The notes under the pieces were generated by a model. It did not search any database. It worked only from the letters and a program-made list of their open reading frames with translations, and was not told the DNA's origin. A stretch of DNA of 64,000 nt from Basidiobolus meristosporus CBS 931.73 (taxonomy: Eukaryota; Fungi; Basidiobolomycota), in assembly GCA_002104905.1 (NCBI GenBank), contig MCFE01000052.1, positions 62,001 through 126,000 of the forward strand, given 5' to 3'. The position numbers and the translations under genes were made by a program. Shown in pieces: positions 12,028-25,721 of this stretch. Position 1 is the stretch's first letter, and every line of letters starts with the position of its first letter.

Positions 12028-13334
12028 CTACTCGGGCTTGGAATGTGGGATACGACGGGACTTGAAATCCTGGGGGTGAACTTGCCACCAGGATGGCTTG
12101 AACTGGGGACTAGGCTTATCGCTGGAGGAGAAAGTGGGTAGTATGCTCTTGGTGTGCATCTCCTGGGTTTCTACGCTTTTGTTGGTCTTCGCCTTGTCGT
12201 AGAGGTACAGCCCGAAGAAGGTCAAGCTGAACCCGATCATCTGCATCACACTCACCGGTTGACGGAACCATATGATGGCGGAAACGATCACGAACACTCG
12301 TTTGAATAAGCTGGCGATGGAGTAGGTGACGGTGGTGGTCAGGGAGAGGACAGTGATCGACGACATGATCTGGCCATAGTGGGTGAGCCCGTTCAACAGG
12401 AAGTCAAACAGCAGTTGATACGTGGAGATGACCATCCGTCCAGTATGCACCTCTCCGAAAAGTAGTTGGAATCCTTCGGAGTAGATCCAGAGTGGGAACA
12501 TCAGGATAAACGAGCAGATCGTGGAGTAGAACAGAATGTTCAGTTTGTCCAATTTCTTTGTGTCCTTCGATAGAACCTTCTTCGATAGCATGTTTTGCAC
12601 GACAAAAATGATGCACGAGATAAGCGCATAAATGAACCCGGTGATCGACACGTTCAGTTGGAAGGTGAAGGCCAACATTACACCAACGGTCAGTGGAAGC
12701 AGGGAGAAATAAACCCCGGTTGAGTAGCTGGCTCCGTAGAGGATCTTATGCAACAGCACGGTGAAAAGGGGAGCTAGAGCCTGGGAGAGAGGTTAGACCT
12801 TGTTACCACGGACACGGGAAACGCTAAAAATACCTTGATAGTATGAACAACGCTAACAGGGACTTGTGAAAGGGCGACACTGGAAAAGACGTGCCCTCCG
12901 ATGGCGAACAAACTGATGGGTATCGTGGGTAATATGATCTCTTTGGTGGGCGGGTGGATTTTCGCCGTACCAAAGAAATGACTGATAACTAAGGCGAAGG
13001 TTGCGACCAGCCCGAATTGAACAAAGGTGAGCGTAACAGGGTATGAGAATTGGGTCAGGATGGATTTGCCGATGTTGTTGGTTATGGACGAAGTGGAGTA
13101 CCACAGCAAGCAGTAAAGGCAGAATTTCACAGTCGAAGTCAGCTTGATACTAGGCAGGAAACTGTATACATTCTCGGCAGCAGAACTGGGCAAGAAATTG
13201 ATTTGGGGCGAGGGATCTGATCTCTTTGAACGGTGTCGTCTCGTATTGTTGAAGAAACCACCAGACTCGGTACCAAGAAGGCCATCAGCTGTAACAGTTG
13301 GGAGAGAGCTTATGGTTTTGCTTGCCAAATACAT
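12028..13334 (-). CDS. Triose-phosphate/nucleotide-sugar transporter family (Sly41-like), 2 exons
   Basis: join(12028..12780,12834..13334) with a 53-nt GT-AG intron gives ...VVHTIK|ALAPLFTV..., 417 aa. TPT motifs WYSTSSITNNIGKSIL and TYSIASLFKRVFVIV. Confidence 0.88.
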
Positions 13335-13792
13335 TCTTCAGTATGTCTTTCTCTAGGTAAGCTGGCAAGGAGAAGAGCTGGAGCAAAGGGCTGATAGGTG
13401 AGCCAGTCATGTTATCTAACCACAAACACAAGTGTGTTTGGTGGGATCAATAGTGGCCAATCAGATGCGTAGGAGTAGAAAAGATATGGTAGATAAGGGT
13501 ACTGTTTCCCAAAAAGCACTTGCCAATCAATGACTATTAATCATTGGTTTAAGCAGGACTTGACCCGAAAGTTCTGCAGGAGATTCCCACAATGTGAACA
13601 GGAAATGTGACAAATGATAGAGTGCATTTACACATCTTAGTTGCTCATTGAACATAATCTGATTAACTTATGCCCACTTTAAAAACTTACATGTGTTACC
13701 TCCATTCAGCAGGAAAAGAAAAAAAAATGAAAAAAACCGAGTGGTGCACTGATATTCACTGGCATTGACTATTAGATGGTGGATCAAACGAT

Positions 13793-14953
13793 ATGACCGG
13801 TACTGAGGAACTTGAGCCTAACAAGCGTAGAAAAATGTCCGAGGAGCCCAAAAACCCTGAAGTGACACCAGTTGCTGAAAATAGCCTTGACGAAATCACC
13901 CAGTTGGACCAGCTTGATCCTGCGGAGCTAGCCAAACTGGGCTATGAATTTGTAACCAAGACTGAGGCGGACGTTGCACGCGACGAAAAATTCTTGTCCA
14001 AATGTGGCGAGGGTGATTTGGAAGGGGTCAAGGCTCTTTTGAAAGAAGGGGCTGATGTTTGGTATCGCGATGAGGCCGGCAAGAGCCCATTGCACGCAGC
14101 TTGTGCCGGCGGACACTTACAGGTTGTGGATGAATTGTTGCAGGCTGGTCACCAGTGGAACGCCGTGGATAACTCTGGCAAAAGCACCGGAGAGTATGCA
14201 AGCGAGAATGGCCACACTGAAGTTTATGAAAGACTCATTCAGGAAGGCTGCCGCGTAGAGCTTATCCTGGGCGTAATCGACCGTAAGGATGAGAAAGCTG
14301 AAGAGGCTGCGAACAAGGATTATCTCTCTCAGCCATTGCTCTACGAGGGCGAGAAGCTGCTCGATGCAGAGAAAAATGGAGTCATGATGGGGTGGGAGAA
14401 GCCTTTGATGGAGCGCCATGCCAAAATCATCTGCCCCTCCGAGGGACTCGATATCCTCAATGTAGGATTCGGGCTCGGCTTGATCGACGACGAGATCCAA
14501 AAGTACAAGCCCCGCACTCACACGATTATCGAGGCTCACCCAGATGTCTACGCCCACATGTTGAAACTCGGCTGGGACAAAAAGCCCGGGGTTCGCATTC
14601 TGTTTGGTCGCTGGCAAGATGTTATGGACCAGATTGAACACGCATTTGACGGAATTTTCTTCGACACGTTTGGCGAGTTTTACGCTGATCTCCGTGAATT
14701 TCATGAGCACGTCCCCAACATCTTGAAGGACGATGGGATCTATTCCTTCTTCAACGGACTTGGTGCCACCAACCAATTCTTCCATGACGTATACTGCCGG
14801 GTTGCAGAAATCGATCTCCGCGGTATGGGCATGACAACCGAGTACACCCCCATCAACATCGATCCGTCCGCCGATCAAATCTGGGAAGGGGTCAAAGACA
14901 GATACTGGACTCTCAACGAATATAGACTTCCCATCTGTCGCTTCATGGACTAA
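13793..14953 (+). CDS. RMT2: Protein arginine N-methyltransferase 2 (ankyrin repeats + type IV Rmt2/GAMT-like domain)
   Basis: Ankyrin repeats (SPLHAAC), then VMMGWEKPLM, LNVGFGLGLID, HTIIEAHPDV, FDGIFFDTF and YSFFNGLGA, typical of fungal Rmt2. Confidence 0.93.
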   Translation: MTGTEELEPNKRRKMSEEPKNPEVTPVAENSLDEITQLDQLDPAELAKLGYEFVTKTEADVARDEKFLSKCGEGDLEGVKALLKEGADVWYRDEAGKSPLHAACAGGHLQVVDELLQAGHQWNAVDNSGKSTGEYASENGHTEVYERLIQEGCRVELILGVIDRKDEKAEEAANKDYLSQPLLYEGEKLLDAEKNGVMMGWEKPLMERHAKIICPSEGLDILNVGFGLGLIDDEIQKYKPRTHTIIEAHPDVYAHMLKLGWDKKPGVRILFGRWQDVMDQIEHAFDGIFFDTFGEFYADLREFHEHVPNILKDDGIYSFFNGLGATNQFFHDVYCRVAEIDLRGMGMTTEYTPINIDPSADQIWEGVKDRYWTLNEYRLPICRFMD

Positions 14954-15175
14954 GCCATTCATCACTTGTGGTGTAATATATCAAACCTAAATATGTACAT
15001 GTATTCTACTGTCGAATCGTAATAAATCTCTCCCCCCAATAGGAGACTTTGTCAATGTCAATCTTGCGTTTCAGTAAAGAGGCTCGGTTTCGGTTGGCAA
15101 ATCTGGTTAGGAAACCCCTTGAAATAGCGTTCGTCCGCCAAGTGAGCAAGCACAGTTTCCCCATTCGGAGCCGTT

Positions 15176-15666
15176 ATGGAGCACCACACCGCGACCAGTC
15201 CCTGTCTGAACAAGGTTCGTTTCTCAAACTGTGCAATCGATTGTTTGCAAAGTGCTAACTTTCGTAGATGTCCCTAAATTGGGAATATCATAATGTGTGT
15301 GTGATAGTTGCCAATTGGCAAATCCACACCGTCACTGGACTGTTCGTGGCATGCTTTGGCGCTTTTAGCCTTTCGGTGATGTACGAACTAATGCGGCTGG
15401 TGATTCGGCTGGTGGATCTTCAAATAGGTTTGCGTAGGAATTCAGTTGGTGCTGCAAAGGATACACAACTATTTGCAATGACCAATGTTTCTTCTAAGCT
15501 GAGCTATGGGGAGAAGCTTATCCGCTCTGTGATGTATGCTATCCAGGTTTCCCTGTCTTATTGCCTGATGTTATTGTTCATGACTCTCAATGGCTTCTTG
15601 ATGGGAAGTGCTGTATTGGGTGGATTTGTTGGATTTCTTATCTTTTCGCAAGACACATTGCTGTAG
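15176..15666 (+). CDS. Ctr-family copper transporter (Ctr2-like), 2 exons
   Basis: join(15176..15214,15268..15666) with a 53-nt intron (GCTAAC branch). Three hydrophobic segments, MxxxM motif (LMLLFMT) and GxxxG. Confidence 0.88.
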
Positions 15667-15895
15667 AAAGAATACTTGGACCACTTGCTTGGTTGATTCC
15701 CATTTCCTATAGAATAAACACCCACCTATCTATATTCTGTTTGATGGCACTCTATCCAAATATTAAGTTGTAATTATATTCTGATCGGCAAGATGGAATG
15801 AGGCTACAGGAGAGAGGAAATGACGCGAGTATTGGATGTTTATTAGTTAATGTATAAAGACTGAAATATACATAAAGGGTGTTTCTATCAAAATC

Positions 15896-18156
15896 TCACA
15901 AGTTACACTCTACGTTGATTGGAATGGAGGAGATCAACAACTCATATTTCGACCAGGGTCGGTCAACTGTAATCTCGTCATCTGGGATTTCTGGAAGCTT
16001 GAAATTGGCGCTTCCGGGGGATGGGGGTTCATCGATTCTGAAATGATATGTCATGTTAGCCGCCGTTGTCATTAGAGTGATAGTGAACATTTCTTACGGC
16101 TTACTGCGTAGAGTAGCCACTCTACTAGGCAATGGTGTAGTAGGGTTTTTGGGATCTTGAACTAAAGAAAGATGAGTGTACATGGTCAATGGTGAATCAT
16201 TTTTTTTTTCACTTACTTCGGGAGCGCCTATCTTGGTTAATACGATGCTCAGCCTTGGCACCTTCACGCATGTTAATCATTCGGTTACGCTTATTAAGCT
16301 CCGCCAAAGCATCTAGCCTATTGTCGTGGGTTTTCTTGCGCACATTTGAGAGCTCGTCAAGCTCAGCCAATTTGGCATTTAACCGTTGAAGCGTACCAAG
16401 AAGTTAAGGTAATCGTGAGTCTATAAGCATTGCAGAAAAGTGCATAATTGAGTATCAAAAAGGATATTCCTCCATGTCTCCCGATTGTTCAGCCGTCTCT
16501 CTAAGTCTGATTAATTGTGCTTTCTCCATAGCTGTGTTGAGAGGAGCTTTCGCGAACTGCATCTTCTTTTGAATCATTTCATTGATTTCAGCCTAGAATG
16601 GGGTAAAATGAATACTTAATATGAGCAACATATAAAAAACCATATTTGCAACACGAACATCGGATAACACGTAGCTATGAGCTTTCTCTAGATCTTCCTT
16701 CTTCTCTTCTACATGATCCAAAGTCGGCATTTTCAGATGCTCGGCATGAAGTGTAGCCTCTAGTCGTTTGAATTCATGCTATTACAAGGACCAGTGGTAA
16801 GCAATATGGTCCCAAGACTGTCTATGAGCATATTGGGAAAAATACCATAGTGAAGGATCCATTAGAAACGATATCCATCAAGAATACTTTTTCTGCCTTT
16901 CCATGCTTGAGAAGCAAAGCTCTGTCGGTCATGGTATTACCAAGGCGGTAAGGACGATGGTATTTTGTTACGTCTACAAGAGGGTGTAAATCTCGGTTGA
17001 GGTTCTGAGAAACTGCCAATATTCCAACCTTCGATTTGACAGATTCTGTAAACCAGGTTCTTATTTTCATCCACACCAAGACCAATTCGTACGAAGCAAC
17101 CTGTAAATTCAAAGTATTAATACTGGAAATTTGACCGAAATTGCTGCCTGCACCATTACCGATGATAGTTCTTTCAAAGAAGGGGGTGTGAAGCCATTTC
17201 TCTAGTATATCTCTTCCCACACGAACTGAATTTAAATCCTCCAACTTGGCGTATCTCTTTTCCTGAAATCTGGGTGAGTAGAAGTGATAGAGAGTAGGCA
17301 AAAAGTAAAGATTACCTTTTGATGGACATCATGATCGGAATCTTCTTCAGATTCGCTGCGACCGCTATAGGATGGCGAGCGACGTTTGCTTCTGCGAGGA
17401 CTGCTGGATCGTTTCTGAGCTGAATGTAAATAGCAGCTTTGGTAGATTCAATGGCTATAAACTCACTTACCGGACGTGTACTCTTTTCTTCTCTTCGTCT
17501 TCTCAACTCTGAAAGTCCTTTAGTTTTCTCGCTTTCACGCGCTGTCGCTCTAGAAGATCCTAAAACACGGTACAATTAGTAAACTCCTTCAACCATGTGG
17601 CCAGGGAGAGGTAACACTTACTTCTAGTGGGATCGTCTCTTCGCTGACCAGCCTTGAGTTTCTTTTTTACTTCAAGTCGTTCAAGGAGATATTGTCTCTG
17701 TTCAAATCGAGAGCCCAATAAGTCATACAGGTTGAAAATGCACGACAATTCTTGATAAACTGACTTTTTCGGCGCGCTCAGTTAAAATCCCTTCTCTCTC
17801 CATTTCAGTCATGGCGGAAAGTCTATATGTGATTGCAAGATCAATGTCTATAGCTAATAAAGCTTTTGTTTTGGAAAATGACCTTCTTCTGTCCTCAGAA
17901 TCTTTGTATAAATCAGGTCCATATTCATCCACTGCTTCCTCTAAATCTGAATATTGATCGTCCGAAAATGCTTTTCCTTTCTCCTCGTCCGAATCGCTAA
18001 TATTATTGTAAATCTATTAGTATGTCGAAGCTCTTCGTTTGAGTGCTAGGGGAGTATATCTAACCGTGCTCTTCTGCGACGTTTGCGAGTATTGCGGGAG
18101 TTTCCTTCATCTCCACTTTCGACTAAAGCAAGAATTTCATCCGAGAGATCGTCCAT
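15896..18156 (-). CDS. RTF1: Paf1 complex subunit Rtf1 (Plus3 domain), multi-exon
   Basis: Exon fragments MDDLSDEILAL, DEYGPDLYKDSEDR, AMTEMEREGILTERAE and Plus3 RVGRDILEKWLHTPFFERTI...PYRLG...LKHGKAEKVF..VSNGSFT; several GT-AG introns. Confidence 0.93.
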
Positions 18157-19413
18157 TGCACACCAACTACACCAATACTTGCGAATATAATTTACCAGCC
18201 AACACGTAAAGGTCAGTTAAATTTCAAAATTATCAGTAACATCACATGACCCAGGCCAGTACACGAAATATTATGGGCATTGAATCATCCGCGTCTTAAA
18301 AGAACCTCATTGGTGCCTTGGTTTGATTGCAGAATAGCTTCAATCAACACACTCCATTCACTGAATGTAGCTTGGCTATAAGGCATTGCCTAACAAGGAT
18401 ATAACACTCAACTCAACAGTTCACATTTCAGTTGAGTAAAGTCCACTTCCTACATTTAACTTTGCCTAAAACATTTAGTATGATATATATTGTTATCGCA
18501 AATTCGTACCAGATTATTACATGGAAGCTTTATATGGTTATTATTGTTGGCTATGCAGACAAGTGGAAATGCCAAGAACCCCTATCAGAAACAGCAAAGT
18601 TAAAATTCTCTTGAGACTTTTTTGACAATACTCATACCGTTTCAAGATGGTCATGCAATGTATCCCACCCTAAATTCAGGGATAAATCTTGCACTGCTTA
18701 TAACTTTTCAAAAAAATAGTAGCTAGACTTTGTACTTTGCCTTGGAATAGTGTTTATGACGGCCTATATATTGCCTGTAATAATATACTTAAATATAAAT
18801 ATGGATACATCTCTGATATTCCATTAATTTAAAGCTTTGCAAATATATTTTTATAGCTTCATGCAATAATATAACTGGCAACATATACTAAGCTCACGCG
18901 GCCATTACTTAATGGTTTGTTAGGTAAAGCAAGGGATTAGAGTCGAGCTTCATAATGTGGAGGGCCAAGAAAAAAAGTGCGTAAAGTGTGGGTCTTTTAT
19001 ATTACTTAAGTCGTTTTACAATTCTTCAGAATTGGCAAAGCATCACCTTCATTGAATTTCCAATAAATCCGAATCCATTCCACCTCTGCTAAGTGAGAAA
19101 AGTGCTGTTTGTAGTCGTCCTATGTTGATTAAATGCTAAACAAGTTGAATTCATTCGTTGTATAACATTGAGCAATTTCAAGTGCTATTCCATATATAGG
19201 AACTCACAAATGTGTTCCACTCCATTGGTCCCTCGAGGTTTTCTTGATTGGCAGGTGGTGATATCTTATTTCCCCATGGGTGGGCTAAAGTCGTTTTAAC
19301 TTGTCTATTAAGAATACCTGAGTAACTCGAATTTTTCATTAACTATATTGATTGACTGCTTCATTTGGAGGCATGCTTCACTTTACTTTCCTCACACATT
19401 AAACTGCTCGGCA

Positions 19414-21314
19414 ATGAAATTTGGAAAAAGTCTAAGTGCTTCGGCGCAGGAGCTCCCAGAAGATTGGCGACAGCATGTGGTCCATTACTCCAAGCTGAAG
19501 AAGTGTATAAATCGGATTGTACAGGAGTTAGAGGAGAGTGGTTTGGCGAATCTTGCTGCCGAAAAAAACATCGAGAATACACAGCCAGTGAAGCTGGTAT
19601 ACTCATTTACTGGTATGTTGTCTTGCTGAATTTACCTACGGCTGAGTACAAACGCTCTCCTTGTTCCCTAGGTACGGTTGAGAATTTCTCTCCCAATATC
19701 GAAGTAATTGTGGGAGAGGATGCCGAGACAATAACCCCTGAACTTGAGGCAATATCTCTCAAATTTAACTCTTTCACTTCTGCCAATAGCGCAGACCCGA
19801 ATGAGGACTTGGTCCCTTCGCACACATATGGCAGTCAAGTAATAGAGGAAGTTAAATTAGATGAGGAAGTTACCTCGACTGCAAGCGACAGCGAGTCGCC
19901 CCGAAGTTCTTTTGATTCCCAGGATGTTGAAGAGAGCATATCGAGCTTTAATAAGCCCACTTTGTTGACCGATTCTAGCCATACCTCAAGGTTTGAGCCA
20001 TGCTAATTGACCCACTCCCGCACAGTATGCCAACCTTGTTTTCTAGAGCCGTCAGCATTGTACTACCTACAGACTCCGAATTCTTCGGGAGCCTGAGTAG
20101 CTCCATTAACGATCTTACACAATTCGAGCAGGATATGAACGATCTTTGCTCGACGAAAATCGTAAAGCTTGGATCTATCATCTCTCATATCGGGTCGCCA
20201 CATTCCAAGGATATGTACACATGGTAAGCGGAATCAGACTGTAAGTCGAATTGACATGCGTTCGAGGCTAATGCTATAGGCAGGCGTGAGATCTTTAATT
20301 TATACCTAAACGCAAGCATATGGATGGTTGGCGACCACGTATGGCAAAAGTCACAATCCATCGAGAAAACCAAAAAGCAGATTCAGTGGTTTATTCAGGA
20401 GATCACCCGCCTTTCTCTGGTAAATGATCTATCTCACGTTAATCCCTCCTGCGTGCGAATCGAAGCGATTGAACCTTGATACAGAATAGAAAGTTCCGTA
20501 CCCGTGACTCGATCAAAGCGCTTGAGGAATTCATCTTGGTTAGTCTGATTTTAGTGGATATTGAAGTCAATCACCATTCTAATCTATTCCACGTCAAAGC
20601 TCAACCGCGATTTGCTTGCCATAATGCAATTCCACGAGCTCAACCAAACTGCGGTTAGAAAGATCATCAAGAAACATGATAAGAGAACTCATCTTAGGTA
20701 AGCGGGCCCACACTGCATCGATTACTATCTACGTGACCGTTCATGTAATTCATCTGATGTTAGCGCGCAATCCTGGTTTGTTGATCTGATGGCCCCAAGT
20801 ATGCTATTTAAAGGCAATCTCTCAAAGGCACTCCTCAGCACTCTGCATGTAAGCCATTATACTGGGCTACAACTTGTCACTTGGCACTAACCACCTGCAC
20901 AATAGACCGAGTTGTTGATTATAATTCCGCAGCCAGATGACTATCAGTGTCCTATCTGTTTATGTAAGCCTGGAGATTTCCTAGATAACGCTAAATGTCA
21001 ACCTAACCGAACTTCGAATTTCTATAGCCCTCTCATGGAAGCCTATCAGGCTCAAATGTGGCCACGTTTTTTGCGTCCAGTGCATGATAAACGCCCAAAG
21101 ACGTAGAATGACCAACTGCCCGCTTTGTCGGACCCCCGACTCCATAACTGAGGCCAATACGGAGAACCTAGACATCCCTCGAATGAACTTCATGAAGCTA
21201 TTCTTCCCACGAGAAATCAAGGCCAAACAAAAAGAACACGACTACGAGCAAGCGCGAGAAGATATCAAGGTCATTGGCATTGATGAGGTCGACAGCAGCT
21301 GTGTGCTAATGTAG
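19414..21314 (+). CDS. SPX-RING E3 ubiquitin ligase (S. pombe Pqr1 / plant NLA-like architecture), multi-exon
   Basis: N-terminal SPX start MKFGKSL...W....HYSKLKK; C-terminal C3HC4 RING (YQCPICL / LKCGHVFC / NCPLCR) split across exons. Confidence 0.88.
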
Positions 21315-21623
21315 ATTATCTCACCATCAACCGATCCCACTGTAAATATGGTTAAATCATTAAAAGGAAATCAATTCAACGTGACTTCCTCTCGTGCCAC
21401 CCACTGCTCCAAATGGTGTTGTTTCATTTGCGTACTAGGATTGAAGGATTCGGTTGTAAGATTTGGGAAAATCACTTAGATTGAGGTTTTATTATGTTCA
21501 TGATTAGAAGTTAATAGCAAAGGGAGCGAGGATGCAGTTGTGGTTTGAGTACGGGGAAGGTGAAGATGGGTATAAAGAAAACATATACAAGCGGATAATA
21601 CGAGCTACGTGGATGCGATTGTG

Positions 21624-22770
21624 TTAGAGGGCTTTCTTTTGACGCTCGGCAACGTATTCTTTCAGCTTGTCACCACCGAAGACCATGCAAGTCTAGTAAA
21701 AAAATGTCAATATCAATCGGCGGATTGGTTCCCACAACAGACGTATACATACAGTAAGATAAACGCTAAGGCAGATACGTGGAGTAACGCCACGGTAGAA
21801 TCCTTTGAATCCGTTACGTTCATAAATGTACTTGGCAGTAGTGCTGATGCTCATCTTTTCTGGGCGATCAGCAGCCTTCGCCTGACTTTGCATCTCGACA
21901 CGAATCACCTCAATAGGCTGATTCCAGCAAGAAAGGGCTCCACCAATAACAGAGGCTAGATCGAGCAGATTAGCACACGAGGCCTGATAACCTTCATATA
22001 ACAATCGGGTACTCACAAGTGATTCTTTCCCAGTTCTCAAGCTTGCGAGTCTGGTCATCACCACGAATGATGGATTCGGTGACTCTGGAAATCCCAAATC
22101 TAGATCCCCAGTTGGTCATTTGACGCACAGCAACGGCTGATACTCCTCTGTTGAGACCAACGATTCCCTCTTTCTTGAAGATGTCGGCAGCAATCTTGAT
22201 GCTTGATGCGTTGGCATCAGGGCTCTTGTGGCGGGTAACTTCCACGGTCTTCATGAATGTGCAGAAGCCCATGGTGGTGTATGCTTGGGCAATACCACCA
22301 CCCATACCGCCTATGGCACCGGCGATGGCTGGTGAAGCACCGGCAAGTTGAGAATAGTAATCGATTTCGGAGGATGCGAAGAGCAGAACGCCACCCTTGG
22401 TTGATGCTTCGATCCATGCCCACTGAAAACCCCAGGTTAGTTGAGGAGACAAATCAAATGAATCAGTTGACTTACAGGAATCAATCCTTGATAGAAACCG
22501 CGGATTCCACCTCGCTGGTAGGTTCTCACAATAGAGGTCCAGAGGGAATCGTTTCGGTGAGCTTCGGGATTACATTAGGATTGAGCTATATCAGCATACA
22601 AAGATGGTGCTCTTACCAGCCATGTGGGTCTTGACTACCTCGAATGGCTGACCCAGGGTGGACACCTCGGCGGTTTGAATGAATGCACCTAGAGCAATGT
22701 TCACCCACGAGAAAGATTTCTTTTTGATGGTAATGTTGGGAATGCTTGGACTAACGGCAACAGTTGACAT
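21624..22770 (-). CDS. YHM2: Mitochondrial citrate/oxoglutarate carrier Yhm2, multi-exon
   Basis: [56 protein letters not shown] and [10 protein letters not shown] are diagnostic of Yhm2; last exon ...[13 protein letters not shown]...KAL*. Confidence 0.92.
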
Positions 22771-23745
22771 GGCAAGCTAGTATGTTCTTCAACAGGGTGA
22801 GCAAATGAGATATCTCGGTAAGCAAAACAGCCACTTGCTTTTAAATGGCTTGATGGGAATCATGTACTAAGCCAATGTAGCACAACACTGATGGCCACTG
22901 AATAATCTGGATAAGGAATGTATCCTTGGGCTTAATCAAACCAAGATCTTCATATTTTGCAATCAGTGGAGCTTTTCACATTGAACCTGCGCCACAGATA
23001 TCTCCACAGGGACCCAATGAAAACCCATTGATAGTTTGATTTCACGATATCAAGCCACCTCGATCATCCCGACTCCACACCATCTTTTCGGGACGCCTCA
23101 ATGAATCCAAAACATGTAGGATGATAAGCGGGTGGGTGGGGTGTGTATACGAGAGGTGGGAGTGACAGTGGAAGCGAAAGCGAAAGCAAAATGGTGCCTT
23201 TGAGCGTCTGATAGAGAATTGCTTCGCTGTTGATAGCGACTTGTGGCTTTTCACACTTGATGATACAATTAGTCACTGTGGTTAATATGAAACCAACTTG
23301 CCATTTGAGGAAGAGGATGATAAATCTTAAATCTATTTGGCGAGAAACCTGAATTTCCCATCAGTTGGTATTTTTATACAAAGCTACGTGGTGATTTTCC
23401 ACGTACACACAGGGGGCTATTGCTCCAATAATGCCTAGTGCACACCTTTCAGCGATGCCTCTTATCACCAATAGGCTATCAATTGCTGCTATATACGAAT
23501 GATATGAGCGAAGCTATCTGAGAACCAGCTGCCATTGGGCATGAGTAACCATGTGAGGTGGGTAGCCCTTCCATCATTGGCTGCCCGTTGTAAGCTCATG
23601 ATTCCACAGAATCAGCTGCATTGAATCATGCGAAGTAAACTCGCATCTAAGACATAAGCTATATCACAACACTAATGGCCAAGCCGTACACTTTTGTCGC
23701 CATTGAAGTTACTTTATCACTACTTTATTAGATAATTACCGGTGC

Positions 23746-25353
23746 TTAAGTGGGTGTTAGTGCCCATTCTGGCCATTCCGCTTCAAATTTCCAATCCAAG
23801 CCAGCATATCGCACCGCTTTCAGCCACAAAATCATTCGATCCGCATTTGGATCGGGTGGTGGATGAAGGCACATTTGACAGGGGTTTTCTGGGGACGGAA
23901 ATGCGTTGGTTGGCAATTTGGAGAGATCTGTAGGAGGATTGCCAGTGGCTTAGAGAGCGTGGTTGAACGAGAGTTAACAGAAGCGCCAACCTTTGTAAGG
24001 AGAATTGTTGTTCTCCCTCCGATACTCCAGATTATACAATGGGTCGTTGGCAATTGGATAGCCAAGGAATGCTAGATGAACTCTGATCTGGTGCATACGC
24101 CCGGTTTGTAGCTTGCCTATTAAACGCTGTTAGCCTGTTGGATCGATTGAGCTTTTTACATTCCGCGTACACGAAACAAGACTGGAATTTCCGTCAAAGC
24201 TGATTCTGTTGAATGTGGTGATACTCGGTTTCCCCGTCTCCGACACAACACTTCGGAAGGGGAATTTTTGAACCTCAATGGGGGCTTCGCACACCACCTC
24301 CTCACTAGGATACCATTAGTTACACAGACAGGCTTATTGTCTATAACAGAAAGCCTACTCTGGAAATCGGCCTTGAACCCTGCATATATACTCCTTTTCG
24401 GAGACGTTTTCGGTGAAGGTCTTCTGGAGGCTTTTATCTCCAGAGAGTTGACCCAAAATCAATACTCCCGCTGTAAGGCCATCAAGACGATGAATAGCTT
24501 GGAAATTGGTTACACTCGGTCACCGACAAGGATATCTATTGAGTACCACACATACGATTCATGGCATGACTAAGGCCATTTTCCTTTTGTAATATTCTGA
24601 GCAGAGTGTTGTAATTATACGTTCCGTTTGGATGGACCTTATGATCGGAGCAGTATTGTGTAAACTTGAGCTGCACTAGAAATATAAGCAAGAAACCTGC
24701 GTACCGGCATGCCATGGGGTTTGTCAACTACCACAAAGTTCGTTCCTTCGTGAATAAACTTAATCGCTCGGTTTGGAATGGCGGGTTCTGTGGACAGGCA
24801 GTTGAGAAAACACGTCGGACGTAGATTTTTGTTTGAACGTACCATGCCGGTGGATATCATGTGACGTGATATTGTCACCCAGCTTTAGCTTGTATTCTGG
24901 AGAGACCATCTCCTCATTCACAGTGATCCTTCCGACGTTCATGGCCCAAGACTTCAAAGCGATTAGGTGACGTGTTTAAAAGCCACGTTTTTTTAAGAAT
25001 ATCGGGAAGTTACCACAGTTTCTTTCGTGTATTTATTTGATAGTCCTGAACACATGACTTCAGGTAAGGTTTTTCCAAACCATTTAGCTTTTGTCCGAAC
25101 AAGGTAAGTAAAGCCGTACGGCTTTACCTTTCTGAAGCCTTGGATTACAGGTATATTAGAGAGGGTTGAAGATGGAAGTTTCGTGAAACAAACACACACC
25201 ATTTTCGAAATAATATTCCACGTTGTCGTAAGGTTCTGCTGGAAGATCAGTAATGGAGGTTGAGATACCAAACTTTCGGAGCTGTGCCAAGTGATTTCTA
25301 TCACCATGTAATAAACCTCTTGTGTTTAGCCTTTGGGAGACCTTCCTTAACAT
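23746..25353 (-). CDS. RluA-family tRNA pseudouridine synthase (Pus9/Rib2-like, probable mitochondrial presequence), multi-exon
   Basis: Spliced reading gives YYFENG|[28 protein letters not shown] (catalytic Asp), [24 protein letters not shown] and C-terminal [23 protein letters not shown]. Arg-rich N-terminus [15 protein letters not shown]. Confidence 0.88.
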
Positions 25354-25721
25354 AAATGTTGCTTAGAAAAGGAATAAACTGGTAGTATCCGGGCTGGAGG
25401 AATATTACTTGGAATATGGAGTGCCAGAAACGAAATTGGATTTTGCTAAATTTTGCTTGGCGGACTCATTCTAGAATATAAGGATCCTGTTTACTAACTT
25501 ATCATTGGAACAACCAATGGTGAGCATTTCCCGAACTAATGGTTCAAGCAAAATTAATTTGTTGTGCATAAAATCAGTTACCTCCAATATAACATACTCT
25601 ATTATTACTTCTGTGGCCCAGCAAATTAATCTTCTAGGCAAGATCAGGCTGGTATTAAACCACCAATAAGCCTCCAACAAACCGCCTCCTACCAACAAGA
25701 GGCTTCGCCCCTAGCATTCAT

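Noticed and set aside
14117-14965. 282-aa antisense ORF over RMT2, and similar long antisense/overlapping ORFs over the NCS1 copies, NIP1, OYE and fasciclins
   Set aside because: Shadow frames expected from strong C-ending codon bias; no recognisable domains.
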